Origin: a virus | Lineage: Duplodnaviria; Caudoviricetes | Length of the DNA stretch: 26,380 bases | Direction: 5' to 3' (one strand) | Virus record (IMG/VR): IMGVR_UViG_3300031951_001046 | Span: 1 to 26,380 of that record | Part shown: positions 7,266 to 17,716 of the stretch, one piece after another | Layout of the letters: every line of letters begins with the position of its first letter | Position numbering within the stretch: position 1 is the first letter of the stretch | Made by a program: the position numbers and the translations under genes | The notes under the pieces: model-generated | Database searches by the model: none | The model's input: only the letters and a program-made list of their open reading frames with translations | Told to the model about the DNA's origin: nothing

Positions 7266-10200
7266 GTTCGTTCATCCGACGAGCCAAGTTATTCTTCAAC
7301 TCGCGCAATTCGTCAAGGCGTTTCCGTTTCTGTTCAGGCGTCATCATGTCGGGAGGAGCTGCTTTGACTGCACGCTCAGCCTTAGTAATTTCACCCATCT
7401 GCTGACGGAAAGCACCTGCCGCAGACGAAGCCTGTAAAGCAGGCAGATTTTCTTTCAGGTATTCCTCAGCTTCTTTGGTCTGGCCTTCTTCTCTCAGTTT
7501 CCGATACGTGTTCTGACGAGACTGGATCTCCTTGACGCTGTCGTAGGCTTCGTTAATTACGCGCCCAGCGTCGTTAGGCTGGAACAGACCGCCGATGATT
7601 GGACCAACGAACGGCACCTCTGACATGCCTTTTGGTGCAGCAGCGCCAGCTTCTTTAGTGCGTAAGATCGGGTCAACAACGCTTAGTAAACCAACACCCA
7701 GCGAGCCAGTGTAACCACGGACTAGATTCTCAACCTGTACAGGAGACAGATTAATAACCTCGAACAACGGGCCAAGAATCTTCAACAACTCAGGCGTTTT
7801 GTCGCGGTACTGGAAGCGCTTATCAAGACCTTCTAACCGGGCATCAACAATGTCACGGTTCGTAAAGAACGACTTGTTCAGCGCCGTCTCGATCAGCGGC
7901 TTCATGAATGTTGGTACCGGTACGCCAGCTTCTGCTGGATTACCCGGCATTGAACGCATCATCTGCTTAAACAGATCGCCAGCAATCTTCGAGCCTTTCT
8001 CATCCGAGATGGCAGCGTTCATCAAACCTTCTGGGATAGCCTTGAAGATCAAGCCCAATTCAAACGGGATAGGCACCCGGAACGGCTCTTCCATACCTGG
8101 GATACGAATGAACCAGTTGCCGTAACGCTGCTCTGGGGTAGCGTTCTTGTACGCCTCATCGTCCTGCATCATGGCGACATAAGCCCATGTAAACGCAGCC
8201 ATCAAAGCGCCCCGAGCCAACAGCTTCTGCTTAACCTTCAACTGCTCGGCGTACTGCATCTGGTTAGTGAACGCACGGTACAGAACATCCAGACCCTGAA
8301 TACCGGCATTGAAGAACGGAACAGTTGCGTTCAGGAAGTAGATCGAAGGCGATACGCCACGGCGTCCAAAGTTCATCGACTCCAGCGTAGCCATGGTGGC
8401 CTCGCGCTCAGACAGTCCTTGCTTCAGGAAAGAGTTGTACAGCGCCATGCGGGTTGCCGCATCACCAGCCATCGCAAACTGATCGAGCTTAGCCATCGCC
8501 ATGTCCCAGCCAGGCTTACCAGAAGTGATCTGCTGAAGAATCTTGTTCATGTCTTCAGGAGCGCCGGTAATGACCTGCCCGGTTGTTATACCACGTCGTT
8601 GAAGAGCACCGGCACCTTCTTTGTAAAGCGTGCTTAGCTGACCCATCGTAGAAACCAGCGGGATCATGTTTGATCCAGTAGTCATGGACGCCGTCAGCGA
8701 ATCACGGAAAACCTGACGCACTGCATAGCGGGGGTCACGCGTAATAAATTTACGCAGAATATTAGCCGGGCCAGCAAGACCACGAACGACACCAGGGACA
8801 ATGACCTTAATACCTTCCATGCCAGTGACGATAAGTTCAGATGGAATATCACCAAACAAATCTTCTTTAGCCTGTGTATCAATCTGCGCGTAGTATTCAT
8901 CGCCGTTGTACTTAAAGCGAATGACGTCTTTGCCTGCTGGACCAGTACCCTTAACAACCTTAGCTACGCCTAGATCTTTCAGCACGTTAGCCGCTTGGTA
9001 TGTCGCCATGTTGCGCAGCGCCATGTCCGTCAGCAGGCTAGTGTTCTGCAGCGACGACGTGAAGAAGTCCATGATGGCCTCATCGCCACCAATAAGTTCT
9101 TTTAGATAAGGCTGGCTCTTCGTATCGCCAATCTGGATAGGCTTCTCACCGCCAATCAACAGCTCAGCAACACCGCCTCGGATACGGTAGTAAGGAATGT
9201 AATCGCCTTTAGCGAGAAGCTTAGCCCCTAGCTCTTTACTCATCGCACCAGCTTTAACGGCAAACTCAATCAAACCCTTGTTGTACTCGTTGTACAGTTT
9301 CCGCGCTTCTTGGAAGGCTGGATTAGCCCGGCCCATAGCAAGCGCTTTCTTCATGTCAGCTTCGGTAATTTTCCCGCTGAAGTTCAGCTTATCAAGGCCA
9401 ACATTCTGGGCACGTTCAGCGGCCAGATACAGGGTGAATAAACGGTTAGTAGCGTCAGCATCGCCCACGTTAGCTTTTTGCAACGCCTCAGCAACATCTT
9501 TCAGGCTTGCGCTACGCTCAGATTCAACGATCTTTTCGATCCTACCGTCAGGACGCTTGACTTCTTTTAGTTTAAGGTTTCCGTTAGTTGCTACCTCAGA
9601 TGTCAGCGCATGGCGCTGGTCTGCTATTCGAGCAAAGTACATGACATCCCCAGCCTTCAGGGAGTCGATAATGCCCTTGTCAACACCACGCTTAACGGCT
9701 TCTTCCAGTGCGGCCCAACGGTCAACAAACTGCACGCGGCCAGCCAATCCCATGGTGTTGGCTTTAATCTTGTCAACAAAACCTTTCTGGCTACCGACAA
9801 CTTTATCTGCCAGAGCGCCAAGATCTTCCATGCCAGCGCCGTACTTAGGCTCAATAGCCCGGAAGCTAATGTCGCCGTCTGCGCTCTTGTAGGCAATTGG
9901 CTTGCCTTCCTCGAAGTACTTATTGGCCTGCTTCATCATGTAGAAGAGGTCAGACGTTGACAGGCTTGCGGCATCCAGCAGACCCATCTTCTTCAGCAAC
10001 GCACGGAAAGCCCCAACCATTTCCTGAATCCAGCGCTTAGCTTTCTCCAAGAATTTCGAGTCAACCCGCTTCTCCATCGTGTAGGCGATGACTTCCTTCA
10101 AGGCTTTTACTTCAGCATCCTTGGGGCTAAGGCCATACTTCAGACCGGCAGCGTAGGCATTACGGGCATCTTCGGCTACGCCGAGCGTATCGGCCAGCTT

Positions 10201-13200
10201 AAACACACCACCCAGAGACTTATCTACCCGACCCAGCAGGTTCTTCATGCCGTCAGGACCGAGCATACCCTCGAAAGTAAAGTGGCCGACAAACTCGTGC
10301 GCGATAGTCTTTTCCAGATCTACCATGTCAACGTGATTCCCGCCGATAACAAACACGGTGCCATCCGGCTTCACACCGCCACGGATGTAGGTGTTATAAA
10401 TATCAACGCCCTGCTTAGACATTTCCCGGAGGATGTCAACGGTGACGCTCTCCATGGTGGGAAAGTACTTGAACTTAATACCTGCGGGGAGCTTCTTCTC
10501 AACCTCAGCCATGCGCTTATCAGCCGCAGCTTGGTCAATACCGCCACCCTGACCTTCACCCACAGCAAAGTCGATAGAGTCATCGACCGAAAAACTTCTT
10601 GGGCTAAACGTATCAATACCAAGACCAGACATGCTGCGCATCTGATCGGGCGTAAACTTTTTGTCGTACCACTGAACCGGACCACCAATCGGACCACGGC
10701 TGGGTTGACGAACAATGTTCTCGATGTCCCCAGAAGTCATCAACCGTAAATCGCTACGTATATCGTCGAGCTTGTTTTTAGCTGTTTCAACTTGTTGATT
10801 CAGTCGCTTTAGCTTTGCCGGGTCTTTTTTAGCTTCGCCCTTCTTAACAGCTAACTCAAAAAGATCACGCTTAGCTTTAGCGTCATTAAATGCCCGTCTA
10901 GCGTCTAGTTCTTTTTCTTTGGTTTTCTGAACTACTGTTTCAACTGAACCAACTTTAGCCCGGCGGCGGATATCATCAAGCTGTTCTTGGCGACGCGCAG
11001 CAATTTCTTTATCCAGTTGCTCCTTAGATTTAATCGGAACAACTTTTGCCTGTCGTGCGCTACCAGCTTCAAACTTAGTGGGTTTTTGGGTAAGTTCACG
11101 CTCTTTAGCGGGCAACGCTTTATACGCCTTCATTTCAGCGGCGTATTCTTCCTTGGTCTTTTTGCGCTTTGTCGGTCTTTGCTCAACAGTAACTCTGCGT
11201 CCAGGTAAACCAAGCCCTGACTGAATACGTGTCTCTAAAGCACGTTGACGATCCGCATACTGTTCAGCTAGTTTTTTACGAGCCGTAAGTACTTGTTGCA
11301 CAGCAACACGTTGCTGCTTAGCCAGTGCCTGTGCTTTACGTTGCTCCAAAGAACCTTTCTCGGCGTTAGCTGCCAAGCGTTCTAGTTCTTTAATGTTCTT
11401 AGCTTCTTTAGCAATACTCTCATCTAGCCGCGCCCATGCGTTAAGCGTTGAGTCAGGAACCCAGGTAAGGCGCAGACCTTCCGTAGACATTTCAAACTCA
11501 GCATCTTCAGCTTTTAAATCCTTAGCCGCTATCTCGATGCGGCTTAACAAAGCCCGAGCAGGTTCTTCTTTAACCTTCTCCATAAGCTTATCGGGAGTTT
11601 CAAACTTAGCAGATTCAATTTTCTGCTTTGTTTCTTGCATCAACTGTTGAATACGCCCAAGAAGATCGCGCTTTCTGCTTTGTATAGCTTCAGGACGCAG
11701 TTCTTCTTTTACAGCCCGTGCAGCTGCACGAATTTCACGTTCGGTTTCTTCGGTTTTTTGTTTAGCTTCAGCAACCTTTTTCTGCTCTTTCCGTACTTTC
11801 CCAGACTTTTGTAAACGCTGAAACTGAGCGGGAGTGGCGCGAGCCGTAGCTTCTGTTTCTGGAAACAAGCTACCCTGAACATCAACCTCGGCAAAACCTT
11901 CTCCACGAGGAACAAGCGTACGTTGCTCACCCTGTGCATACTGAGCCAGTTCAGAATCAATACGCATCCGGTTTTGAATATCGTCGATAAGGGGGGCGTT
12001 AACATCTGCCCGTGCCGCCATAGCGCGTCTACCGGCTGGCTTGGTTACATCAGCGGTGCGGAACGCTTCAACAGTAAACGGCTTGTCGGTGCCACGCAGT
12101 ATGCGGCCTACCTGCTCATCAAGAAGCTCTTCTAGCTCAACGCTAATGCCGCCCTCTTCCATCCGGCGCTGAGCTTGCTCAAGAACATCCCGAACTTCAG
12201 GCTGCAGATCCTCCATGCGGAGGACGCGATCAAGGTCTTTAACCAGATCAGGCTGCGCTTCTCTAGGAGTTTTACGAAGCTGCAGCGTCTCTTTGTCAGC
12301 GCGGACAGCACGAACAGAGGCAGCAATAGCTTGCTGTTTTATTTGGTTAATACTCTCCGCTAATACTTCTACGGCCTGCGCAGGAGCACCAAACTGGCGG
12401 TCTTTCAAATTACGGCTGTCTCGGGCGATAGGCTCAGCGGCTTTAACAATCTTATCACCGCGCATCTGTGCAGGGCGCTGCCCGACAATTTCTAAGAACT
12501 GCCCACTGGGGAGTGCGGTTCCACGGTTGACTAGCTCTTCCAGGATATTGTTAACGTCAAACGCAACCTTGATAGCTTCGTCACGAGTGAAAGCAGGTCT
12601 CTTTTCGGCTAACCGCTGGTAAGAAATCTCACGGATTAAATTGTCAATAACGCGTTTACGAGCTTCTTCTGTTTCTCTGAGAAGGCCTTCACGTGTGTAG
12701 CTGGCAGCTTCTATGTCACGCTGCGCCCCTTTTTCACCAAAGAATCTGCCTTTTTGGTAGTCGTCCAACAACATAGCCATGTCGGAATATGCTCCGGTGG
12801 CCTGCACGTTAGCTTTTTCAGCTTCTTTTCTGTATTGCTCTGCAATATATGGCGTGATGGGGACAGTCAGATCAATGTCGTCAGCTAAAGCAGGTGCCTT
12901 TCCTAAGAAAGCTTCCCGTACAGAAGCGCCAACACCTTTCTCAACGCCGGTTTCTTCTGCCTGTTGACCGACAGTACGAAGCCGCTTCAACTCGTTTAGT
13001 TGAACATCTACTGCAACAAGCTTTTGTCCAGCAGGTGTAAGCTCGTTATTGCCATCTATCAGTTGCTTTTCTGACGCAGTTAAAGCTTTGCGTTGGGCTT
13101 CTAGCTGGTTAATACGTGCTTCAATTTTTGGTAACGCATCTGTAGCAGATACAGTGCGCCCGCCCAACCCTTTAATGCCTAATGCGTTTGTGACATCACG

Positions 13201-15015
13201 ACTAACACGCCCCTCGTCGATCAAGCGCCGTAGACCTTCGCGGCTAGTAGGCGACGCATTTTGCTGAGCTTTATCTAACTCAGCTTTTAAATCATCAATT
13301 TGTTTAAGGCGAGCATCACGGTCAGGAGCCGCTGCAATGGATTCAGGACGGCTAAGATTTTCAATTTCGTTTTTAAGACGAAGAACTTCAGGGTCAATGC
13401 TGTACCCTAGTATGTGAAAACCAAAGTCATTAACAATCCGCTGGGTACGATCTAGCGCGCGCTGCTGCAGCGCTTCTTTTTCGCCCTTTTCACGCTTCTC
13501 TAACTCTAGCTTTGTGCGCTGTTCAAGGTTAGCTTCGTCCAGCTCATCAAGTCCGGTGAGGTAATTTTTAATGCTCTTTGTTACCTGCTCGCTGTACTTA
13601 TCTCTTTCAGCAGCTTGACGAGCTTCTTCTTTAGCTCGTAATTCAAAAATCTTTTCGCGTGTTTCGTTCCATTTGGTAGCGGCGTCGTCAAGCTTTTGCC
13701 CGTACTCTTCCTCGGTTAACGGCGCACCTTTTGGCTTAACCACATTACCAAACTCGTCAACTACAGGCATTTCACGAGGCTTCTGAGCAATAGCTTCCTT
13801 AAGTGTGGGCGCTAATCCGGCTTCCTTCATGGAAGCTTTCATTTCTTCGTTTAGCTTTTTCAGTTGCTCTTTAAGCTGTTTAGCTTCTGCAATAGCTTCG
13901 TTGCGAACATCTGGATCAGCAGATTTATCTTTAGCAATTGGTTCTACTTGCTTTAACCGGTCTTCTGCTTCGTTGATTTTGCCGATCAGCTCAATGCGAT
14001 ATTCAGGGGATTTTTTACGGGCAGTCTCGGCTTCTTCTGCTGCGGCAGCTTCTTTAGCGGCAATCTCAGACTCAAGGCGCTGTTTTTCACGCAACTCATC
14101 AGCCTGCTCACCCCGAGCAACAGAGCGCTGACCGACACGACCAACGGCACCAAACGGACCACCCACAAGACCGGCACCATATGCAGCCTGACCGTACTCA
14201 GCTAGAGCATCTTGGCTAGTTAGAGGTAAACCTGCTTGCAGACGCTCAAGCATCTGCTGGGTAACTTCAGTTGGGATTTCAGCCATGACACCAACAGCGG
14301 TGCCTTTAGCTAAAGTTTTAACTAAACCTTCTTCTACGATCTTTGAACCACCACGGGCAAGAAGCTCCTCTGCACCCGGCCCAAGAATCTTGCTGATAAC
14401 CTTGCCGCCCAACGGAATGAAGGTAGATGCAACTTCAAGAGCTGCACCCGGAACGGCTGCTGCAGCGGCACGGCCTCTGGATATTTCCTGACCTTCTTCA
14501 GCCTGACGCTGTAAGTTAGCGCCAAAAAGCTGCGCCATAGTAGGTGTGGCTGCACCAGCAGCACCACCAATAAGAGTACCAAGAGGGCCAAAACGACGAC
14601 CCGCCATAGCGCCAGCACGGGCGCTGGCTAACGTACTAGCAATAGTGGGAACCTGTTCAGCAACTGCGCCAGGAATCTGACTAACAACTTCACCAGCAGC
14701 GGGAAACAACCCACGCTCAGCATAGGCTTTCTTTACGGCTTCAAGGTCCGTACCAGGAGCGTACTGAAGTCCAAGTTCTTCCTGTCTTTCTAGCCCTCGA
14801 CGCGCAGCGCCTTCCGGATCGTAGAGAGACTCAATGCCCGTCTGAATGTCAGAAACGGTACGCTTAAAACCCCCAACTAGCTTAGAACCAAGGCCCGTCT
14901 CGGGGCCTTTTTCAGTCATTAAAAAGCGTTTAACGGCTTTTGTCATTACCTCCTGAGATGTGCCATCAGGAAACTCTAACAGTCGTCCATCTGCTAACTG
15001 GGCGTAAACAGCCAT
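7231..15015 (-). CDS. Large polyvalent, putatively ejected virion protein (2594 aa) with zincin-like metallopeptidase and C-terminal LPD38 domain
   Basis: G/A-rich N-terminus typical of DNA-ejection proteins, then long K/E/A coiled coils. TIAHEFVGH...KEVIAY zincin motif. C-terminal WFIRIP..RVPIPFELG..PLIETALNKSFFT..SPVQVENLVRGYTG matches LPD38 as I recall it. Confidence 0.8.
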   Translation of the reverse strand: MAVYAQLADGRLLEFPDGTSQEVMTKAVKRFLMTEKGPETGLGSKLVGGFKRTVSDIQTGIESLYDPEGAARRGLERQEELGLQYAPGTDLEAVKKAYAERGLFPAAGEVVSQIPGAVAEQVPTIASTLASARAGAMAGRRFGPLGTLIGGAAGAATPTMAQLFGANLQRQAEEGQEISRGRAAAAAVPGAALEVASTFIPLGGKVISKILGPGAEELLARGGSKIVEEGLVKTLAKGTAVGVMAEIPTEVTQQMLERLQAGLPLTSQDALAEYGQAAYGAGLVGGPFGAVGRVGQRSVARGEQADELREKQRLESEIAAKEAAAAEEAETARKKSPEYRIELIGKINEAEDRLKQVEPIAKDKSADPDVRNEAIAEAKQLKEQLKKLNEEMKASMKEAGLAPTLKEAIAQKPREMPVVDEFGNVVKPKGAPLTEEEYGQKLDDAATKWNETREKIFELRAKEEARQAAERDKYSEQVTKSIKNYLTGLDELDEANLEQRTKLELEKREKGEKEALQQRALDRTQRIVNDFGFHILGYSIDPEVLRLKNEIENLSRPESIAAAPDRDARLKQIDDLKAELDKAQQNASPTSREGLRRLIDEGRVSRDVTNALGIKGLGGRTVSATDALPKIEARINQLEAQRKALTASEKQLIDGNNELTPAGQKLVAVDVQLNELKRLRTVGQQAEETGVEKGVGASVREAFLGKAPALADDIDLTVPITPYIAEQYRKEAEKANVQATGAYSDMAMLLDDYQKGRFFGEKGAQRDIEAASYTREGLLRETEEARKRVIDNLIREISYQRLAEKRPAFTRDEAIKVAFDVNNILEELVNRGTALPSGQFLEIVGQRPAQMRGDKIVKAAEPIARDSRNLKDRQFGAPAQAVEVLAESINQIKQQAIAASVRAVRADKETLQLRKTPREAQPDLVKDLDRVLRMEDLQPEVRDVLEQAQRRMEEGGISVELEELLDEQVGRILRGTDKPFTVEAFRTADVTKPAGRRAMAARADVNAPLIDDIQNRMRIDSELAQYAQGEQRTLVPRGEGFAEVDVQGSLFPETEATARATPAQFQRLQKSGKVRKEQKKVAEAKQKTEETEREIRAAARAVKEELRPEAIQSRKRDLLGRIQQLMQETKQKIESAKFETPDKLMEKVKEEPARALLSRIEIAAKDLKAEDAEFEMSTEGLRLTWVPDSTLNAWARLDESIAKEAKNIKELERLAANAEKGSLEQRKAQALAKQQRVAVQQVLTARKKLAEQYADRQRALETRIQSGLGLPGRRVTVEQRPTKRKKTKEEYAAEMKAYKALPAKERELTQKPTKFEAGSARQAKVVPIKSKEQLDKEIAARRQEQLDDIRRRAKVGSVETVVQKTKEKELDARRAFNDAKAKRDLFELAVKKGEAKKDPAKLKRLNQQVETAKNKLDDIRSDLRLMTSGDIENIVRQPSRGPIGGPVQWYDKKFTPDQMRSMSGLGIDTFSPRSFSVDDSIDFAVGEGQGGGIDQAAADKRMAEVEKKLPAGIKFKYFPTMESVTVDILREMSKQGVDIYNTYIRGGVKPDGTVFVIGGNHVDMVDLEKTIAHEFVGHFTFEGMLGPDGMKNLLGRVDKSLGGVFKLADTLGVAEDARNAYAAGLKYGLSPKDAEVKALKEVIAYTMEKRVDSKFLEKAKRWIQEMVGAFRALLKKMGLLDAASLSTSDLFYMMKQANKYFEEGKPIAYKSADGDISFRAIEPKYGAGMEDLGALADKVVGSQKGFVDKIKANTMGLAGRVQFVDRWAALEEAVKRGVDKGIIDSLKAGDVMYFARIADQRHALTSEVATNGNLKLKEVKRPDGRIEKIVESERSASLKDVAEALQKANVGDADATNRLFTLYLAAERAQNVGLDKLNFSGKITEADMKKALAMGRANPAFQEARKLYNEYNKGLIEFAVKAGAMSKELGAKLLAKGDYIPYYRIRGGVAELLIGGEKPIQIGDTKSQPYLKELIGGDEAIMDFFTSSLQNTSLLTDMALRNMATYQAANVLKDLGVAKVVKGTGPAGKDVIRFKYNGDEYYAQIDTQAKEDLFGDIPSELIVTGMEGIKVIVPGVVRGLAGPANILRKFITRDPRYAVRQVFRDSLTASMTTGSNMIPLVSTMGQLSTLYKEGAGALQRRGITTGQVITGAPEDMNKILQQITSGKPGWDMAMAKLDQFAMAGDAATRMALYNSFLKQGLSEREATMATLESMNFGRRGVSPSIYFLNATVPFFNAGIQGLDVLYRAFTNQMQYAEQLKVKQKLLARGALMAAFTWAYVAMMQDDEAYKNATPEQRYGNWFIRIPGMEEPFRVPIPFELGLIFKAIPEGLMNAAISDEKGSKIAGDLFKQMMRSMPGNPAEAGVPVPTFMKPLIETALNKSFFTNRDIVDARLEGLDKRFQYRDKTPELLKILGPLFEVINLSPVQVENLVRGYTGSLGVGLLSVVDPILRTKEAGAAAPKGMSEVPFVGPIIGGLFQPNDAGRVINEAYDSVKEIQSRQNTYRKLREEGQTKEAEEYLKENLPALQASSAAGAFRQQMGEITKAERAVKAAPPDMMTPEQKRKRLDELRELKNNLARRMNELSARTERQAAR

Positions 15016-15024
15016 GGTATGCCT

Positions 15025-16653
15025 TTACTTGATTAAGTTACCTTGCGCATCAAATCGACCAGCTATGTTTGGTCTAGTACCTGCAGCACTTTCTCCTGGT
15101 TTACCTTGGCGCAACAACATTTGAACAAGGCTGTTAAATGCAGCTTCGTATTCTGGTGAGCCAGCCTTCAATCCAGAGAACTTATCGCTGTTCATTATCT
15201 TTGCGGCAGTCTCTTGCGCAGCAGCAATCTTGTTCTGGGTAAGTGCTTCAGTACGATACCCTTCAGTAGAACGAATATCCAGCCCTTTGAGGTAGGCTTG
15301 CATCTCATTGCTAAATAGGGTGTTAGCCATCTGAGACTGGATCATAGCAGTACGCTCGTTGTAATCATCAAGACGTTTTTCAGCCTTAGCCTTACGATCA
15401 GAAGCGCTCTTGCCAAGACCTTGGGCAAGCTGGTTATCCGCAATTTCAAGATCACGAATGGCTTTGTTGCGATCGCGTTCGATCTTCTTAAGCTCTTTAA
15501 TGTCCTCAGCAAAACCTTTAACGGCAGGAGATGCGCCCTTACCGATGTTGACGAAGGCATGGGGAGACTCGCCGCCAAGGATGCCCAAACCGGCTTCAAT
15601 AAGGCGTAGGTTAGCCGCTTCAGTGCGATCACCTTTAGATGCCTCCAGAGCTTTGCGCTCCTCAGCAATTTGTCTCTTAAACAGGCCAAAATCAACGCCA
15701 GCTTCCTCGTACATTTTCTTCTCAGAAGTAAGCGCGCTTTGATCAGTTGGTACCGTAGGTGCAGCGCCCATTATGTTGCCAGTCATGGACTTAACATTAG
15801 CCATTAAACTGCCATAGTCGGGTCTAGTAGACGGCAACAAAGCGCTAATACCTGGAGGTTTAGCTTCAGGTGCAGGAGGAGGCGCTTCTGGAGCGGGTGC
15901 GGGTACTGGAACTGGCGTTGGTGCGCCTGCTGTTCTTACATCCGGTTGAGACGGTTTGTACCCATAGCCGGAGGCCATACGGTAAACATCTTTTGAAGGC
16001 AAAGCGCTAATGTCTTTGTCTGTAAATCCAGCGCTACGGAGAATTTCTTTAGCCCGCTCAAACTCTTTCAGGCGATCAATATCATCTCCAGAAGGGCCGG
16101 TCATTGCTTCAAATGCACCCAACGGGCCAAGAGTCAACGCGCCAATTCGACCAAACAGTCCCGGCATGCGCGAAGCCGTAGTAGCTGCGGCACCGGGGAA
16201 AGCTTGAGAGAACGAAACGCCGGGGCCTGGCTTTATTGTAGACATCATGGCAGGACCAACAGAAGGCTGACCGCCATTAGAAAACGCAACGATACCGCCA
16301 GGGGCGTAGCCACCTACATTAGGAGCTGGAACTGCTGCCACACCACGGTTCATGGCGGTTTCTTGGGCAGCAGAAGCAATAAGTCTGTTAATGACTGGAG
16401 GTTGATCTGCTTGTTTAGCCTGCTGCTCTTTACGCGTATTTTCCCGTTCAGCGTACTCGCCTGCAGCCATAAAGTATTCAGGAGTTCCAACCTTGTTTTG
16501 CTGAGTCAGCATTATCAGGTACTGCGCCAACTCATCTTTTTTAGGGTCAACATTGCTATCGAGCTGGCTGATACGACGCTGCGTGTCAATAAAATCAGGG
16601 TTCCCAGCGGTAATACCAGCCATGGGACGTCCGGGAATCATAGGAGCTACCAT
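15025..16653 (-). CDS. Putative internal virion / DNA ejection protein (542 aa)
   Basis: AAGGGA RBS. GGIVAF motif, Pro-rich linker, LIEAGLGILGGESP..FVNIG motif and coiled coil. Lies between the tail genes and the giant protein. Confidence 0.6.
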   Translation of the reverse strand: MVAPMIPGRPMAGITAGNPDFIDTQRRISQLDSNVDPKKDELAQYLIMLTQQNKVGTPEYFMAAGEYAERENTRKEQQAKQADQPPVINRLIASAAQETAMNRGVAAVPAPNVGGYAPGGIVAFSNGGQPSVGPAMMSTIKPGPGVSFSQAFPGAAATTASRMPGLFGRIGALTLGPLGAFEAMTGPSGDDIDRLKEFERAKEILRSAGFTDKDISALPSKDVYRMASGYGYKPSQPDVRTAGAPTPVPVPAPAPEAPPPAPEAKPPGISALLPSTRPDYGSLMANVKSMTGNIMGAAPTVPTDQSALTSEKKMYEEAGVDFGLFKRQIAEERKALEASKGDRTEAANLRLIEAGLGILGGESPHAFVNIGKGASPAVKGFAEDIKELKKIERDRNKAIRDLEIADNQLAQGLGKSASDRKAKAEKRLDDYNERTAMIQSQMANTLFSNEMQAYLKGLDIRSTEGYRTEALTQNKIAAAQETAAKIMNSDKFSGLKAGSPEYEAAFNSLVQMLLRQGKPGESAAGTRPNIAGRFDAQGNLIK

Positions 16654-16663
16654 TTGGTTTCCC

Positions 16664-17707
16664 TTACTTAGGATTCATCATGTTGTAAAGGCCAAGGCCA
16701 GAGAGACCCAGACCAGCCAGCTGACTAGCAAAGCTAGGCGGAGGAGTAACCGCAGTCTGCGTAGTATCTGTAAGCGGTACGCCACGAAGAATCCCAGAAA
16801 TACCTTGAATCTGAGACTCGGGGTACTGCATCCGACGCATGGCATCTGCGTACTGAACGTCAAGTTGCTGCTGGCTAATACCACGCTGGAGGTCGCCAAA
16901 CGCGCCCATGGTCTTAATACGATCAATGTCAGCGGCCTGTTGACCAACGCCAATGTTCGCCATCGTACCGGCCAGACCAGCAAGACCTTGACCTGCGGCT
17001 AAACGCTGTTGGGCTGCTTGGAGAGCCGCTTGTTGGTTAGCCTGCTGTGCTTGGAAGCCCAACTGATTTTCAGCGTTGAACTGAGCCAGCGCTTGCTGAT
17101 ATGCGTTCTGTAGACCCGTAGCCTGAATGTTGCCAAGCTGACCCTGAAGGGCTTTCTCGCGCTCGGTAGTAGCCAGAAGCTGACGTGCGCCACCATATGT
17201 GCCTTGACGCGATGCTGCAAGATTCTGTGCCAACTGAGCTTTCTGAGCGTCAGTAATTGCTGATGTCTTTTGAATATCCGTAACAGCCTGCTGATACGGC
17301 GACATGTAAGCGCCAAGGATGCCCTGACCTGTAATGCTTCCAATACCAACAGTAGGAGCCTGCAGACCAGATAGCGCGCCGTAAACATCACCTGCACCCA
17401 TGCCGTACTGAGTAGCCGCGCCAAACTGACCAGGCGTAGTCATAGCGCCAAGCTCTTGACCAACACGTGCCTGATACGGAGACATACCGGCAATACGACC
17501 AGCACCCTCAAGACCTAACGCCTGAAGCCCTTGACCGTAGACTTCCTGGTAGGGTTTGCTATAAAACTCGTAGGCTTTGGGAATAAGCCCCGGAACAGCA
17601 GCTTTGTAGCCAGCTTGGCCGGGTTGCCCGACCTGTGGTGCGCCCGTGTAATACGGTTCTAGGAAGGCTGGGACGTCACTTGTTGTACTTACGGTTTGCG
17701 TGGGCAT
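16664..17707 (-). CDS. Putative DNA ejection/pilot protein (347 aa)
   Basis: AAGGA RBS. Q/A/G-rich, with YMSPYQQAV and GTYGGARQ motifs and a hydrophobic Gly-rich C-terminus (LAGLGLSGLGLY), as in podovirus ejection proteins. Confidence 0.65.
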   Translation of the reverse strand: MPTQTVSTTSDVPAFLEPYYTGAPQVGQPGQAGYKAAVPGLIPKAYEFYSKPYQEVYGQGLQALGLEGAGRIAGMSPYQARVGQELGAMTTPGQFGAATQYGMGAGDVYGALSGLQAPTVGIGSITGQGILGAYMSPYQQAVTDIQKTSAITDAQKAQLAQNLAASRQGTYGGARQLLATTEREKALQGQLGNIQATGLQNAYQQALAQFNAENQLGFQAQQANQQAALQAAQQRLAAGQGLAGLAGTMANIGVGQQAADIDRIKTMGAFGDLQRGISQQQLDVQYADAMRRMQYPESQIQGISGILRGVPLTDTTQTAVTPPPSFASQLAGLGLSGLGLYNMMNPK

Positions 17708-17716
17708 GTTTGTTCC

